DNA from: Octopus sinensis
Taxonomy: Eukaryota
NCBI RefSeq assembly: GCF_006345805.1
Contig: NC_043018.1
Location: 19,158,001 to 19,222,000, forward strand
Reading direction: 5' to 3'
Length of the DNA: 64,000 bases
The translations under genes and the position numbers were made by a program. Positions within the stretch are counted from its first letter, which is position 1, and every line of letters starts with the position of its first letter. This document shows, one piece after another, positions 27,896 through 39,600 of the stretch. The notes under the pieces are model-generated. The model was not told the origin of the DNA. It searched no databases and saw only the letters and a program-made list of their open reading frames with translations.

Positions 27896-29554
27896 ATGTA
27901 TGTATATATATATATATATACACATACCAAGCTAGTATCAAAAAGTTACCGGACTAGTCCTGAAGTGCACCAACAGATGGCAGCACATGACTGCATGCAC
28001 AGTGGGAGCTAGCAGTGACCTTCCTGAGGCAGTGTTCTGAGTGACATCACTGTGGTTACTTTGCAAGTTGTGAGATTTGTGTCTTTGTGATCACGTGTGT
28101 ATGCTGTCGTCTGCAGTTTTTGTCACGAGAAGGATGCAGGAACAAAGAGCCGACATGAAATTTTGTGTTGAACTTGGGAAGTCTGCTACAGGGACATTGA
28201 GCATGCTTTGGCAAGCTTACGGCAATGAAGCAATGAAATTGTATGCAATGTTTCAAGTTGCACGGGCGCTTCTTCAACAGGAGGAGAATGTCCCTGGAAT
28301 AGGGATGAGCGATCTGGAAGATCTGCCACGAATGTCAACCCCAGAAATGGGGAGAAAATTGATCAGGTTGTGCACGAGGGAGTGTTGGAGGACAACCAAT
28401 GATGTTGGTCTGTTGTTGGATTGGAAGCACTCTGTCGGTTCCGACGATGAGGGTTCCGGTTGATCCGAATCAACGGAACAGCCTGCTCGTGAAATTAACG
28501 TGGAAGTGGCTGGGCACTCCACAGACACGTGTGCCCTTAACGTAGTTCTCGGGGATATTCATCGTGACACGGAGAGTGACAAGGCCGGCCCTTTGAAATA
28601 CAGGTACAACAGAAACAGGAAGTAAGAGTGAGAGAAAGTTGGGGTGAAAGAGTACAGCAGGGATCACCACCATCCCCTGCTGGAGCCTCGTGGAGCTTTT
28701 AGGTGCTTTCGCTCAATAAACACTCACAACGCCCGGTCTGGGAATCGAAACCACGAGTCCGCTGCCCTAACCACTGGGCCATTGCGCCTCCACTGGTCCA
28801 TTGTATGGGTCCGTGCAGGCAATCCTAGCATCTGAATGGAACATGTGGTGTGTCTCTACCAAATTTGTTCCCCAACTGCTGACCACTGAGCGGAAAGAAT
28901 ATCGTGTTGAAGTCTGTCAAGCCCTCTGTTGACGACCCGGCCTTCATGTCGAGGATCATCACCAGTGACAAGAGTTGGGTCTATGGGTGCGACCCCTAAG
29001 ACAAAAGCAGCAGTCATCACAATGGAAGACGGACATCATCTCCATGAATCGAAGAAGGCACGGCAGAGCTGCAGCTCAACCAAGAGCATGCCCATCGTTT
29101 TTTTTTTGACATTGTGCATTGAGAATTCATCCCCTCCAGGGCTAGACTGTCAATCGAGAGTCCTACTGTGATATTTTGAAGCATTTGAAGGCGGATTTTC
29201 AGTGAAAGTGACCAGATCTGTGGAACATGAAGAATCGGATTCTTCTCGACGAAGCACCATCACTCAGCTCTCCTCACTCCTGGGTTTCTTATGGTACCAC
29301 TTCTCCACCTGTCCTATTCACTACATTTAGCACCTGCAGACTTCCATCTCTTCCCCAAGAGGAAAATCCAGCTCAAAGGTTGCCATTTTAATGCCATTGT
29401 AAGGATCCAGAGAAAATCGCAAAAGGTCCTGGAGTCGCTTACGAAAAACAGCTTCCAGGCTGGATATCAAAAGTGGCAGGAATGCCAGCACTGGTGTATT
29501 GCTGTGCAAGGGGACTATTTCGAAGGAGATGATGTTATTTTTTTTTTATTAAAC

Positions 29555-29955
29555 ATATTTACATTATTTGTATTTGATGGATATTTGTCCTCATCTTGTT
29601 TGTTATTAACACAACGTTTCGGCTGATATACCCTCCAGCCTTCATCAGGTGTCTTTTGGAATTTCGAACCTGGGTTCTCATTCCTAAGGTATTTTTCGAT
29701 ATTATTATTATTATTATTATTATTGTTATTATTCAGGTCACAGGCATATAGTGTAGTGGTTAAGAGTGCAGGCTACTTACTAACCCCAAGATTCCGAGTT
29801 TGATTCCAGGCAGTGACCCGCATCGTAAAATACCTTAGGAATGAGAACCCAGGTTTGAAATTTCCCCAAGACACCTGATGAAGGCTGGAAGCTATATCAA
29901 CCGAAATGTGTTAACAACAAAGATGAGGACAAATATCCGTCAAATGTAAATAATT
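29555..29955. mobile_element. Inverted-arm element (~140-bp arms) nested in a mariner
   Basis: 29555-29705 is the reverse complement of 29825-29955; the spacer holds an (ATT)n run and a tRNA-like head fragment. Confidence 0.65.
29608..29653 (-). ncRNA. Minimal hammerhead-like motif (family D); degenerate inverted copy at ~29871-29915 (+)
   Basis: Reverse complement GACAC-CUGAUGA-A-GGCUG...CAGCC-GAAA-CG-UU-GUGUU. Stem III reduced to the palindrome ACGU; one extra A after the core. Confidence 0.5.
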
Positions 29956-30510
29956 CCTCATTTCTTAAATATAAGCTTGGCTAGTCTGGGACTTTTTGAT
30001 ACCACCTCATATATACACACGCATATGCACACTTTCACACAATATATATGAGTATACGTGTGTGTGTGTGTGTGTGCATGTATGTGTATGATTATGTATG
30101 AATAAATGTGTGTGTAAATATGTATTTCATCAACATGATGTTTGCCTTTCATGCTAACTTGGTTGGTCAGTTTGACAGAATTCAATGTCCCAGACAACTG
30201 CATCAAGTTCCAGTATCCATTTTGGCATGGTTTCTGTGGGTGGATACCCTTTCTAAAGCCGACCACTTTGCAGGGTATCTTTGGTGATTTTTTGGGTTTC
30301 TTTTCATAACAATGGCAAGACAAACAAAATTAAAGTCAGTGCAATGATTAAGGATTAGATTAAAGATTAAGAAATGAGTACTTGGTATGTTACACAACAG
30401 ATAATTCAAGCAGAGCATGGGAGGATCAATAAGAAGAGAATGCAGGCATTAATCCTAGACCAAGATGTGTTATTTAAGTAGGTTTTTCATGTAGAAATTC
30501 CTAAGTTTTA

Positions 30511-30898
30511 GGCGCAGGAGTGGCTGTGTGGTAAGTAGCTTGTTTACCAACCACATGGTTCCGGGTTCAGTCCCACTACGTGGCATCTTAGGTAAGTGTC
30601 TTCTGCTATAGCCCCGGGCCGACCAATGCCTTGTGAGTGGATTTGGTAGATGGAAACTGAAAGAAGCCTGTCATATATATGAATATGTGTGTGTTTGTGT
30701 GTCTGTGTTTGTTCCCCTAGCATTGCTTGACAACCGATGCTGGTGTGTTTACGTCCCCGTCACTTAGCAGTTCGGCAAAAGAGACCGATAGAATAAGTAC
30801 TGGACTTACAAAAGAATAAGTCCTGGGGTCGAGTTGCTCGATTAAAGGCGGTGCTCCAGCATGGCCGCAGTCAAATGACTGAACAAGTAAAAGAGTAA
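30511..30898 (+). mobile_element. tRNA-derived SINE family 1; other copies ~372-705, 40291-40704(-), 43800-44210(-), 46417-46830, 48892-49360, 50530-50770, 58520-58770
   Basis: Head ggcgcaggagtggctgtgtggtaag...ggttcagtccc (A/B-box-like), internal (TA)/(TG) tract, (AAGAGT)-like tail. Confidence 0.9.
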
Positions 30899-31613
30899 AT
30901 GTGAACAACTAATATGAGGTTGGCTGAAAAGTTCATAGGCTGACCAAGATACTCATGGAAAATGACCAAATGTTGTTTTATGATTCAGCACTGTCTCCCT
31001 TGCGGTCCACACACTTCTTCCATTGGTGTTGCACTGCTTGGATCTTATTGGTGAAGAAGCTTTGCATTGGTCGAAAAAAAGGTCATCAACAGCAGATAGG
31101 AGGTCATCATCTTCATTGTGATACTGGTTCCCAGTCAAGTGTTTTGTCCATGTTGGGGAGCAAATGATGGTCAGATGGAGCCAAATCAGGACAATGGGGA
31201 CGATGATCAACCAGTTTAGAGCCAGTCACACAACCAGAGCAACCAGTTTATCTGGTTGTTTGGTGTTGATAGTCTTTTGTAACTGTCTCAGCAAGTTGAC
31301 ACAGTACTGTCCATTGAGAGTGTAATGCCTTTTGCATCCCCAAAAACAGAGACCATCAACGTCCCTGCAGATGAAATGACCTTTGACTTCTTTGGAGCAG
31401 GTGAGGAGGGGTGTTTCCACTGCATGGATTGTCTCTGGCTCAAAGTGATGAATCCAACACTCATCCAGGGTAAGGATACCAGCTGGATCTGCCTGAAAAA
31501 AATGTCAGGTTTTCCCATGGTGTGATCAACCTGGTGTACCTTTGATCAGGTGTCAGAAAATGTGGCATCTATTGAGCAGAAACCTTCATCATGCCAACTT
31601 TATTGTGAAGAAT

Positions 31614-31995
31614 GGAGGCGCAATGGCCCAGTGGTTAGGGCAGCGGACTCGCGGTCATAGGATTGCGGTTTCGATTCCCAGACCAGGCGTTGTGAGTGTT
31701 TATTGAGTGAAAACACCTAAAAGCTCCACGAGGCTCCGGCAGGGGATGGTGGTGATCCCTGCTGTACTCTTTCACCACAACTTTCTCTCACTCTTACTTC
31801 CTGTTTCTGTTGTACCTGTATTTCAAAGGGCCGGCCTTGTCACTCTCTGTGTCACGCTGAATATCCCCGAGAACTACGTTAAGGATGCACGTCTGTGGAG
31901 TGCTCAGCCACTTACACGTTAATTTCATGAGCAGGCTGTTCCATTGATTCGGATCAACCAGAACCCTCATCGCCGTAACCGATGGATTGCTTCCA
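31614..31995 (+). mobile_element. tRNA-derived SINE family 3 with 12-bp TSD; other copies 14165-14549(-), 28421-28793(-), 53841-54170
   Basis: Head ggaggcgcaatggcccagtggttagggcagcgg...ggtttcgattccc; TSD attgtgaagaat at 31602-31613 and 31996-32007. Confidence 0.92.
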
Positions 31996-32667
31996 ATTGT
32001 GAAGAATATTCTCAATTCTTTTACAGGAGATGCTAATAGCATAGACTAATTGATTTGTAGTCAATCATCTGCCATCCATTACCACGTGGTAAACACAATC
32101 ATGGCAGTTGCAGGACCTCCAGACGTTGAGTCATCTTCAAAATTCTCCTTTCATCATCATCATCGTTTAGCATCCGTTTTCCATGCTAGCATGGGTTGGA
32201 CGGTTCAACTGGGGTCTGTGAAGCCAGAAGGCTGCATCAGGCCCAGTCAAATCTGGCAGTGTTTCTACGGCTGGATGCCCTTCCTAACGCCAACCACTCC
32301 GTGAGTGTAGTGGGTGATTTTTACGTGCTACCCGCACAGGTGCCAGACAGAGCTGGCAAACGGCCACGAACGGATGGTGCTTTTTATGTGCCACCGGCAC
32401 GAGGGCCAGGCGAGGCTGGCAACGGACACGAACGGATGGTGCTTTTTACGTGCCATCGGCACAAGGCCAGTCGGGGCGGTGCTGGCAACGGTCGCGAAAC
32501 GGAAGGTTCTCTTACATGCCACCGGCACTGGTAACAAATCTGCAATTTCCATTCATCGATTTCGATTCTGATCCTCCAAAATTCAGCTGTCCACATTTGC
32601 ACTATTGATAAAGCTGAAATGGTCATCCCCTAATGTAGCAACCATATCAGCTTGAATGTCCTTATGG

Positions 32668-32886
32668 CAGTGCTTTTGAAACTTTTTGCTGGAGCGGAAC
32701 CCCAAGGAAACATTCCACTGGCTCGAGGAACCCCCGTGCAATAATTTAATAGTCTTATGCACACGTATCTGCACAGGAGAATTAAAAATTACTGCCGATT
32801 TTAGCAGTTTTGTAACTTCTTGCGAAACCCCTAGACTGTGCTGGCGGAACCCTAAGGTTCCGCGGAACCCTGGTTGAAAACCACTG
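32668..32886. mobile_element. hAT-type MITE
   Basis: TIR CAGTGCTTTTGAAAC / GGTTGAAAACCACTG; 8-bp TSD ccttatgg at 32660-32667 and 32887-32894. Confidence 0.9.
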
Positions 32887-33459
32887 CCTTATGGGGCTAA
32901 ACCATTTTTCTGCAGGTATTTAGTAACACCACGATGCCAAACTTTGTTGATTTTAAAGACAAGTTGACACGAGTTCTTTCGAGGTCTTCTTTGAACAGTG
33001 AGATTTTCAGTTTAGCTGGAAAGAAACGATGCAGTTATTAATATGGAGATCTGAAATAAATACAAGCCAGACTTCACAGCTCTAGCATCACTCCTTCATA
33101 GTCAGTCTGTTCACATTTCAGCCCACCCCCATAACTTGTTCTTCTTCTTACTTCACTCAAATCTACAACTGAAAAACTCTAGCTCTACTACCAGCATCCA
33201 CTCCATCACGAAGAGCACACAAGGTTGTACAGACTGAAAACTGACTGGAAAAGGCAGAGGGTTGGGGCAAAAAAATTTGCACAAAATAATTCTTTCCTAT
33301 AAGTGAAGAACCACCTAATTCCTTGTCCTTTTTCCTTGTCCACCGAGTCGGTGATAATGATTCCAAGAGACTTCTGGCCAAAGATTACACTTGCCCTGGG
33401 CATGTTAAGTACTTGTACAGGATAGAAATAACCAGCTGATTAAAAAAAAAAAAAAAAAA

Positions 33460-34135
33460 CTGTAGTAAAGATTGTTTGCCAACATAACATTGCAGTCCTG
33501 GTTTAGGACGAATGTTGCTGTAATTTAGCCCCAGGAGACATCGTCTCCAGCTGGCTATACGACACGATCTGTGTCCTTATATTTTCGAACAAGGGAATCT
33601 AGCACCCCCACTCAGCTCAAAAAAATATCTGTGTATCGTGATTTCCGGGTTATTTCCCTTCATCAGCACAGAATAACTGTTTGGCTAGAGGTGGCGCTGC
33701 CAAATTCCCATTTGAAATATATAGTTTTCAAAGTGACAACTAGTCACTGATCTATAAATTAAAAAACTACTATTTTTAAACATGACAACGCGAGATATTC
33801 AGCAACAATACTTTGTAGTAAAGATTGTTTGCCAACATAACATGGCAATCCTAGTTTAGGATGAATGTTGCTGTAATTTAGCCCCAGGAGACATTGTCTC
33901 CAGCTGATGAAGGGAAATAACCCGGAAATCACGATACACATTGTTTTGAGCTGAGTTAGGGTGTTCGATTCTCTTATTCAAAAATATAAGGACACAGATC
34001 GTGTCATATAGCCAGCTGAAGATGATATCTCCTGGGGCTAAATTACAGCAACATTCGTCCTAAATCCTGTGTTATGTTGGCAAACAATCTTTACTCCAAA
34101 GTACTGTTGCTGAATATCTCGCGTTGTAAGATTAA
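33460..34135. mobile_element. Two copies (one truncated, opposite orientation) of a foldback element with a hammerhead-bearing core
   Basis: Arm gtagtaaagattgtttgccaacataac...gccccaggagacat occurs at ~33460, ~33815 and inverted at ~34030-34100. The central cassette is flipped between copies. Confidence 0.65.
33628..33672 (-). ncRNA. Minimal hammerhead-like motif (family E); partial second copy at 33904-33940 (+)
   Basis: Reverse complement UCUGUG-CUGAUGA-A-GGG(AAAUAA)CCC-G-GAAA-U(CACG)A-UA-CACAGA. Perfect 6-bp stem I; stem II flanked by extra A and G (non-canonical). Confidence 0.55.
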
Positions 34136-37100
34136 AAAATGCTAATTTTTTAAAACAAAAACTAACAATATATTAGGTTGTCCCAAAAGTTCGTAAACAC
34201 TTGCGAAAATTGAATTTTTACTAACAAAAACAACAAAAATTATTCCTCAAAATAAAGACCATTATTTTCCAAGACTTTCTACGAACTTTTGGGACAACCT
34301 TATATTATCAAAATAGGTTGCAGCAAGGGACTAAGAAAAAACAAAGAGAGAGAGGAAGTAAAGAAGATTCATATGAATGGAATTTCTATTCTTAGAAAAT
34401 CCTGGCTCATTTGAACAGAGCAACAGATTTTCATTGAACAAGTGTTTTCACTAAGATAATAGAGTTGCTTTTGTTTTTCAATAGAATTAAATTTACTTTT
34501 GAGAACCTTTAGTTGGCAACTCTTTCCAGATTACTCATTTTTTGAACTGGGAAGTGGGTGGAGGGAGTCACCTTGGTTAATACAATAAACAAATATTGAA
34601 TTTACTAAGATTCCCAACCATGTGGTTTTGAGTTCAGTCCCACTGCATGGCACTTTGGGCAAAGTGTCTTCTACTATAGCCTAGGGCCAACCAAAGCCTC
34701 GTGAGTGGATTTGGTAGACAAGCTAAAAAGTGTGCCATACATACACACACACACACACATTATCATCATCATCGTTGACATAATGAAATAGGAACAGCTA
34801 TGCCATAGGGGTCGCGGGAAGGAAGTTTTTTGGGTGGTACAGGTGACAGGATCAACAAAACACCCGTTTGAAAGCAGAATTGAAGAAGCAGACGTGTTCA
34901 AGACGGAGAAAAAAAGCCAGTCTGAGGGAAGCGAACTTCCGGGTCAAGGTTCTCATCGTTAAAGTTGAAGCTGGAGGTTTTGTGGGCAAATCTGCTTACG
35001 AGTGAATGTAACAACTCTAGAGGAGAAAAAAAAGGGACCAAAACCCCAAAGGCAATATCAGAGAAGTGGAAAAATGTTCTAACAGAACACTTCCATGCTT
35101 CCTGAGATTCGCCAATACTACACTTGATTTTCTCCCCTCCATACACACACAAGCATGTATCTGACTCATACATTGTTCGCTTTCCAGACATTTCTACATT
35201 GCTGCATGTACTTTATATGCACTTTCTGACAAGTTGTGGTGCACCTGAGCACTGTATACAAAAATCTCATTTTTATTATTATAGAAGTGATCTGGTCGAA
35301 GAAGAACAAGAACGACCTCCAAACGGGTTGGAAGGAAATATTTTTATTTCTAAGGGAAGTAACTCTGAGTGATATTTCATTGCTACCATGACAACGTGCG
35401 TTATTTCCACTCAGCTGTTTTTGTCAATTTGACTGAAATCATTTTCTCTTCCTCCAGCCACAGAATGGAGCAATAGTTTAGCTGAACTTCAAGAATGCAT
35501 TCTGTTAGCAGAGTGTCTTCTACTACAAAGTGTCTTCATATTGTGTTTCTACTAAGGATAGATTTGAAATTTGTAGTTATATATAGAGAGAGTACGTGAT
35601 GAAAAATTTCAGTAACAGATCGACATAAGATTCCTAAATCTATTTGTTCTGGTATCCTAATTAATTAATAATGGCTGAAAAGGCAGGGATCCAGTTGGAG
35701 AGAGGCAGGAAAGACCCTCAATCGTCCAATTTAACTGAAATAAATAGTTAATTCTGGGACAGCCTGTACACTGGGGCCATTGTCGACCATTCCGTCGAGG
35801 TCGACTTTGCCTTTCATCCTTTCGGGGTTCGATAAATAAAGTACCAGTTTCCAACCGGGGGTCGATGTAATCGACTTAATCCCTTTGTCTGTCCTTGTTT
35901 GTCCCCTTTATGTTTAGCCCCTTGTGGGTAGTAAAGAAATAGGTATTTCGTCTGCTGCTACGTTCTGAGTTCAAATCCCGCCGAGGTCGACTTTGCCTTT
36001 CATCCTTTCGGGGTCGATTAAATAAGTACCAGTTGTTTGTCCCCTCTATGTTTAGCCCCTTGTGGGTAGTAAAGAAATAGGTATTTCGTCTGCCGCTACG
36101 TTCTGAGTTCAAATCCCGCCGAGGTCGACTTTGCCTTTCATCCTTTCGGGGTCGATTAAATAAGTACCAGTTACGCACTGGGGTCGATATAATCGACTTA
36201 ATCCGTTTTTCTGTTCTTGTTTGTCCCCTCTATGTTTAGCCCCTTGTGGGTAGTAAAGAAATACATTTTCACAAGTGATGGGATGCAGGAGGTTGAATGA
36301 GATGCTAAAATTTGCAGGGAATTGGCACAATAATATATCAGCTCCTACATTTGACTCTCAGAAGATGAGGGTCTTTTATGCTTCCCTCCGGCTGGATCCC
36401 TGCTTTTCAGCCAACTTTTTTTTTTTTTTAATTTGCCCAATGCAATGAAATAGGAAGTTAATTTTGGGAGAGTATGATTTACCACAGATATCACAGTGAT
36501 ATGGTTTCTCACCTGTGCAGGTGTGCTTGTGAGTATATCTTTAGCATTCAGATTATTGTGTCGAATGTAAAGCTTATGTATTTACACCATGTAAAATTAA
36601 TCTTGCATCATTTCATGGCTTTGAGATTTCAATGATGTGATTGTTTATTTTCAAAAATGACACAATGAGGTAGCTATGAATGACCATATCTGACTAGTTT
36701 GAACATAAAACAGGTAGAATATTTTGGCTGGATATGGCTGGTTTAAACATTATAAAGGATTAAACTTCTCAGCTTACCACATTGATGTTACATTTTCAAG
36801 TACAGCAGCAACTACAACCATTTTTCAGTAAATAAAAATTTATTAACAAACAAGATTTAAATACAAGATACAAGTTGATATAAAATATTTTTTTACACCG
36901 TATAAGATTTTGTTCACTGAATCAGAAAATTTCAAAATTTGTTGATTCATTATCAAATTCATAATACGAAAAATATTATATATAAATGTGCAATTTTTTT
37001 TACATTCGTATGAATATATATATAGCTATATTTGGGGAGAGTCATCAGCATTAGACATATTAAAACATTCACCGGCTATTGTTTGTCTATATTTCACACT

Positions 37101-37681
37101 ATTTTGTACATGTGATGTAGAAAACTTTTGTCATTGTAAAGCAAATGAAATAGCAATCTCTATAAAGGGCCGTTTTCAGTAAATCCAGAAAAAACACCCC
37201 AAAAAAAACACAGCAACAGCTTGTGGCTGAACTACCAATCCTGGAATAAGTGAGGTGTCAGCTTCATGATAGGGTATAAAGAGTTAAAGTATGAGAAGAA
37301 GGGTGATCAAAGCAGTTTCTTGTAGAGGACCCAAGCAAAGAGCAATTTTTAAAAAAGCAAAATTCGAATTTTTGCAAAAAGTTTCTGAAAATTCACCAAA
37401 ATAAAAACAATTTCTTTATTCACCATATAAGGTTAAGAAAAAGAGGGGACGATATAGGGACAGACAAAACAAACATTGGGGTCAGGGGATCGAATGGAAC
37501 GGTCGAGGGGTTTTATAGAATGCTTAATTCAGAAATCCACCCAGGCAGTTTGCATCATAAAACCAAAAGCAGATTTGGTGGCGAGAACGAAATTTACTTC
37601 CGGGTTGCAAACTCATGTCCCAAGTACAATTTCTTTTTTTACAAACAAGTTCGATTTTCTCAATCTTACAAAAAAATAAAT

Positions 37682-38067
37682 GGCGATCTTTCGTCTCTAG
37701 TAGACCTTTCCGTCGATTTCCGTAAAAATTTTTTTTTTTTTTACATATGGGCTTGCGGGAACTTTTGAAGTAATATACACATACACCGAGTAAAAAATTT
37801 CAGTTATCTCTGTCTCTTCACACACACTAACAGAAGCACTTCACTTACACAACATACTGTCTGTCTCCCACACCCCATCAAACACACACATGTGCATCAA
37901 TGCTTCCCATGCACGGTAACTTCAAAAGAACTTCCCTCGTCATACAATCGCTTTCTCTTAGTCTCTTTCGCTCTCATTACTTCAAAAGTTCCCGCAAGCC
38001 CATATGTAAAAAAAAAATTTTTTTTACGGAAATCGACGGAAAGGTCTACTAGAGACGAAAGATTGCC
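37682..38067. mobile_element. MITE with ~90-bp TIRs and 8-bp TSD (Merlin- or Mutator-like)
   Basis: GGCGATCTTTCGTCTCTAGTAGACC... / ...GGTCTACTAGAGACGAAAGATTGCC; TSD aaataaat on both sides. Confidence 0.85.
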
Positions 38068-38604
38068 AAATAAATATATAATTATATAATAAACATATAA
38101 TTCGCTAGTAGTACCTATAATTGATATATAAATATATTAAGGTATAATTGTAGTAACACTTTACACGTCGTCACCTTTTTGTTTTATTTTTTTTGGGGGT
38201 ATTTTCAAACAGAGCTCAACCAAGTTCATTGCCTCCAGTCACGATATACCTTTAAATTAACATTTTCTACAAGACAAACTTACTTGGCAAATTAAATGTA
38301 CAAAGTAAAATTATAGTTACGACGAATTAAATAGGAGGGGTTCAATTTCTGATTTAAGACAAAAGTTGATTTAGGGATGGATTTTCCATTACAAGGAAAA
38401 GAAATGATACAGAAAAATTATACATCTTATTCTTTCCATACTATGATAAAAAAAAAAAATCATTTAATAGCACTGGCAATCCATCACTCTGGATTGAATC
38501 TGTTTTTATCGGTTAAATACTACAATTATACCTTTTTGTTTTTATGACCTGGTCAAAGGGTTTAGTTTGACCGCGAGATATCCTCTCCAATCGTTTAAAC
38601 ATTT

Positions 38605-39600
38605 CTAACGCTCATAAAAAATTAAATGTTTTTTTGGTATCCAACAAGCAGAAACCATTCCTTGATTTAAGTTGCGATTAATATCACACAACATATGTTC
38701 AAAACGGTAGAATTGTTTGTTTTCTTCGTTTTTTGCGTAGTTTTGGAAAACTTGAACCAGAAACTTAACGAAACTCTGGCTATTATCTTCGTAAAAAATG
38801 CGAACCACAAAAAGATCATCTTTCTCACAACATTCTGTTTCTCCACTATTTTTTCCCGAATTCTCCTTCTTGGTGCTACCATCCGTGTTATCAGTTTGTT
38901 CTCCACTACGGGTAGAACAAGACTTGCCTGTCTGCGAAGTATTCCCTGGATTATTATTAGCATCGTCGTTGTTCGAGGAATTATTTTTCTTAGATTCAGA
39001 AGTAACCCTTTCGCTATTAATAAGAAATAATTTCGGTGTGTTTTTAAGACAGAAATGTTCAATTATTTTGCCAACGGACAATTCGGTTTCTTTTCGGTCA
39101 ATCTGAAACAAAATGAATAGCAAAAAGATACCATCTGTGTCGATACCACATTTATTTTTGATATCGTTTTCCAATTCATTTACTGTTTTAACAACAACAG
39201 TAAATTTCATAGACTCAAAAAGTTTACTTAACTCATCAACTTCCTTCTTGTCCTGTTTTTCGTCGATGATTAACAAAAGGAAATGAGGTTCGAATACAGG
39301 ATACGACTTGAGGAGACAAGCCAAGTCAGAATAGCCGGTTTCCTTTAGAATTGAAATCAGATTTTCGGCTTTGTCTTTGTCATTGGAAACGGAACGATAC
39401 ATAGTCTTAAAAATCTCGTCGTGAACATCGTAATTAGAGGAAAATGTTTCCGAGGATATATTAAGTTTTTCCTTTGCTTTAGGTATAAATTCCCCTTCTA
39501 TATCGAAACGTTTACCAAATGTCCTTCTAATGTTTTTAAACATCTCCAGAATCTCCATGGAAAATTCTTTTTCTAGTGAATCAGTTCTGTTTTGTGACAT
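38605..39600 (-). CDS. Intronless 331-aa death-fold + catalytically dead caspase-like protein (c-FLIP-like pseudo-caspase)
   Basis: Uninterrupted non-repetitive ORF. N-terminal ~100 aa ends in ENLISILKETGYSDLACLLK, like the last helices of a death fold. Caspase p20 elements in order: HFLLLIIDE, EVDELSKLFESMKFTV, DGIFLLFILFQ (SHG position), LSVGKIIEHF, NTPKLFLINSERV (PKLFFIQACRG position). p10-like DDLFVV...SFVKFLVQVF...FEHMLCDINR...PKKHLIF. Homology judged by eye only. Confidence 0.75.
   Translation of the reverse strand: MSQNRTDSLEKEFSMEILEMFKNIRRTFGKRFDIEGEFIPKAKEKLNISSETFSSNYDVHDEIFKTMYRSVSNDKDKAENLISILKETGYSDLACLLKSYPVFEPHFLLLIIDEKQDKKEVDELSKLFESMKFTVVVKTVNELENDIKNKCGIDTDGIFLLFILFQIDRKETELSVGKIIEHFCLKNTPKLFLINSERVTSESKKNNSSNNDDANNNPGNTSQTGKSCSTRSGEQTDNTDGSTKKENSGKNSGETECCEKDDLFVVRIFYEDNSQSFVKFLVQVFQNYAKNEENKQFYRFEHMLCDINRNLNQGMVSACWIPKKHLIFYER

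Larger units (their letters stand above)
27925..30012 (+). mobile_element. Near full-length decayed mariner with nested SINE and foldback element
   Basis: N-terminus EQRADMKFCVELGKSATGTL, then SWVYGCDPKTK and HLSYSLHLAPADFHLFPK...QGDYFEGD; TIRs gtatcaaaaagttaccggactag / ctagtctggggactttttgatac. Confidence 0.88.
30912..33133 (-). mobile_element. Second, distinct decayed mariner with three nested insertions
   Basis: Fragments KVWHRGV..KYLQKNGLAP, KDIQADMVATLGDD, EDDSTSGGPATA, QWKHPSSPAPKKSKVISSAG, YCVNLLRQL; TIR-like ends tatgaggttggctgaaaagttca / tgttcacatttcagcccacccccata. Confidence 0.8.

Noticed and set aside
31614-31690. tRNA genes
   Set aside because: tRNA-like heads continue directly into SINE bodies with TSDs; no complete cloverleaf or Pol III terminator.
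35286-35332. Purine-rich exon-like stretch after ttatag
   Set aside because: No GT donor and no recognisable protein similarity.
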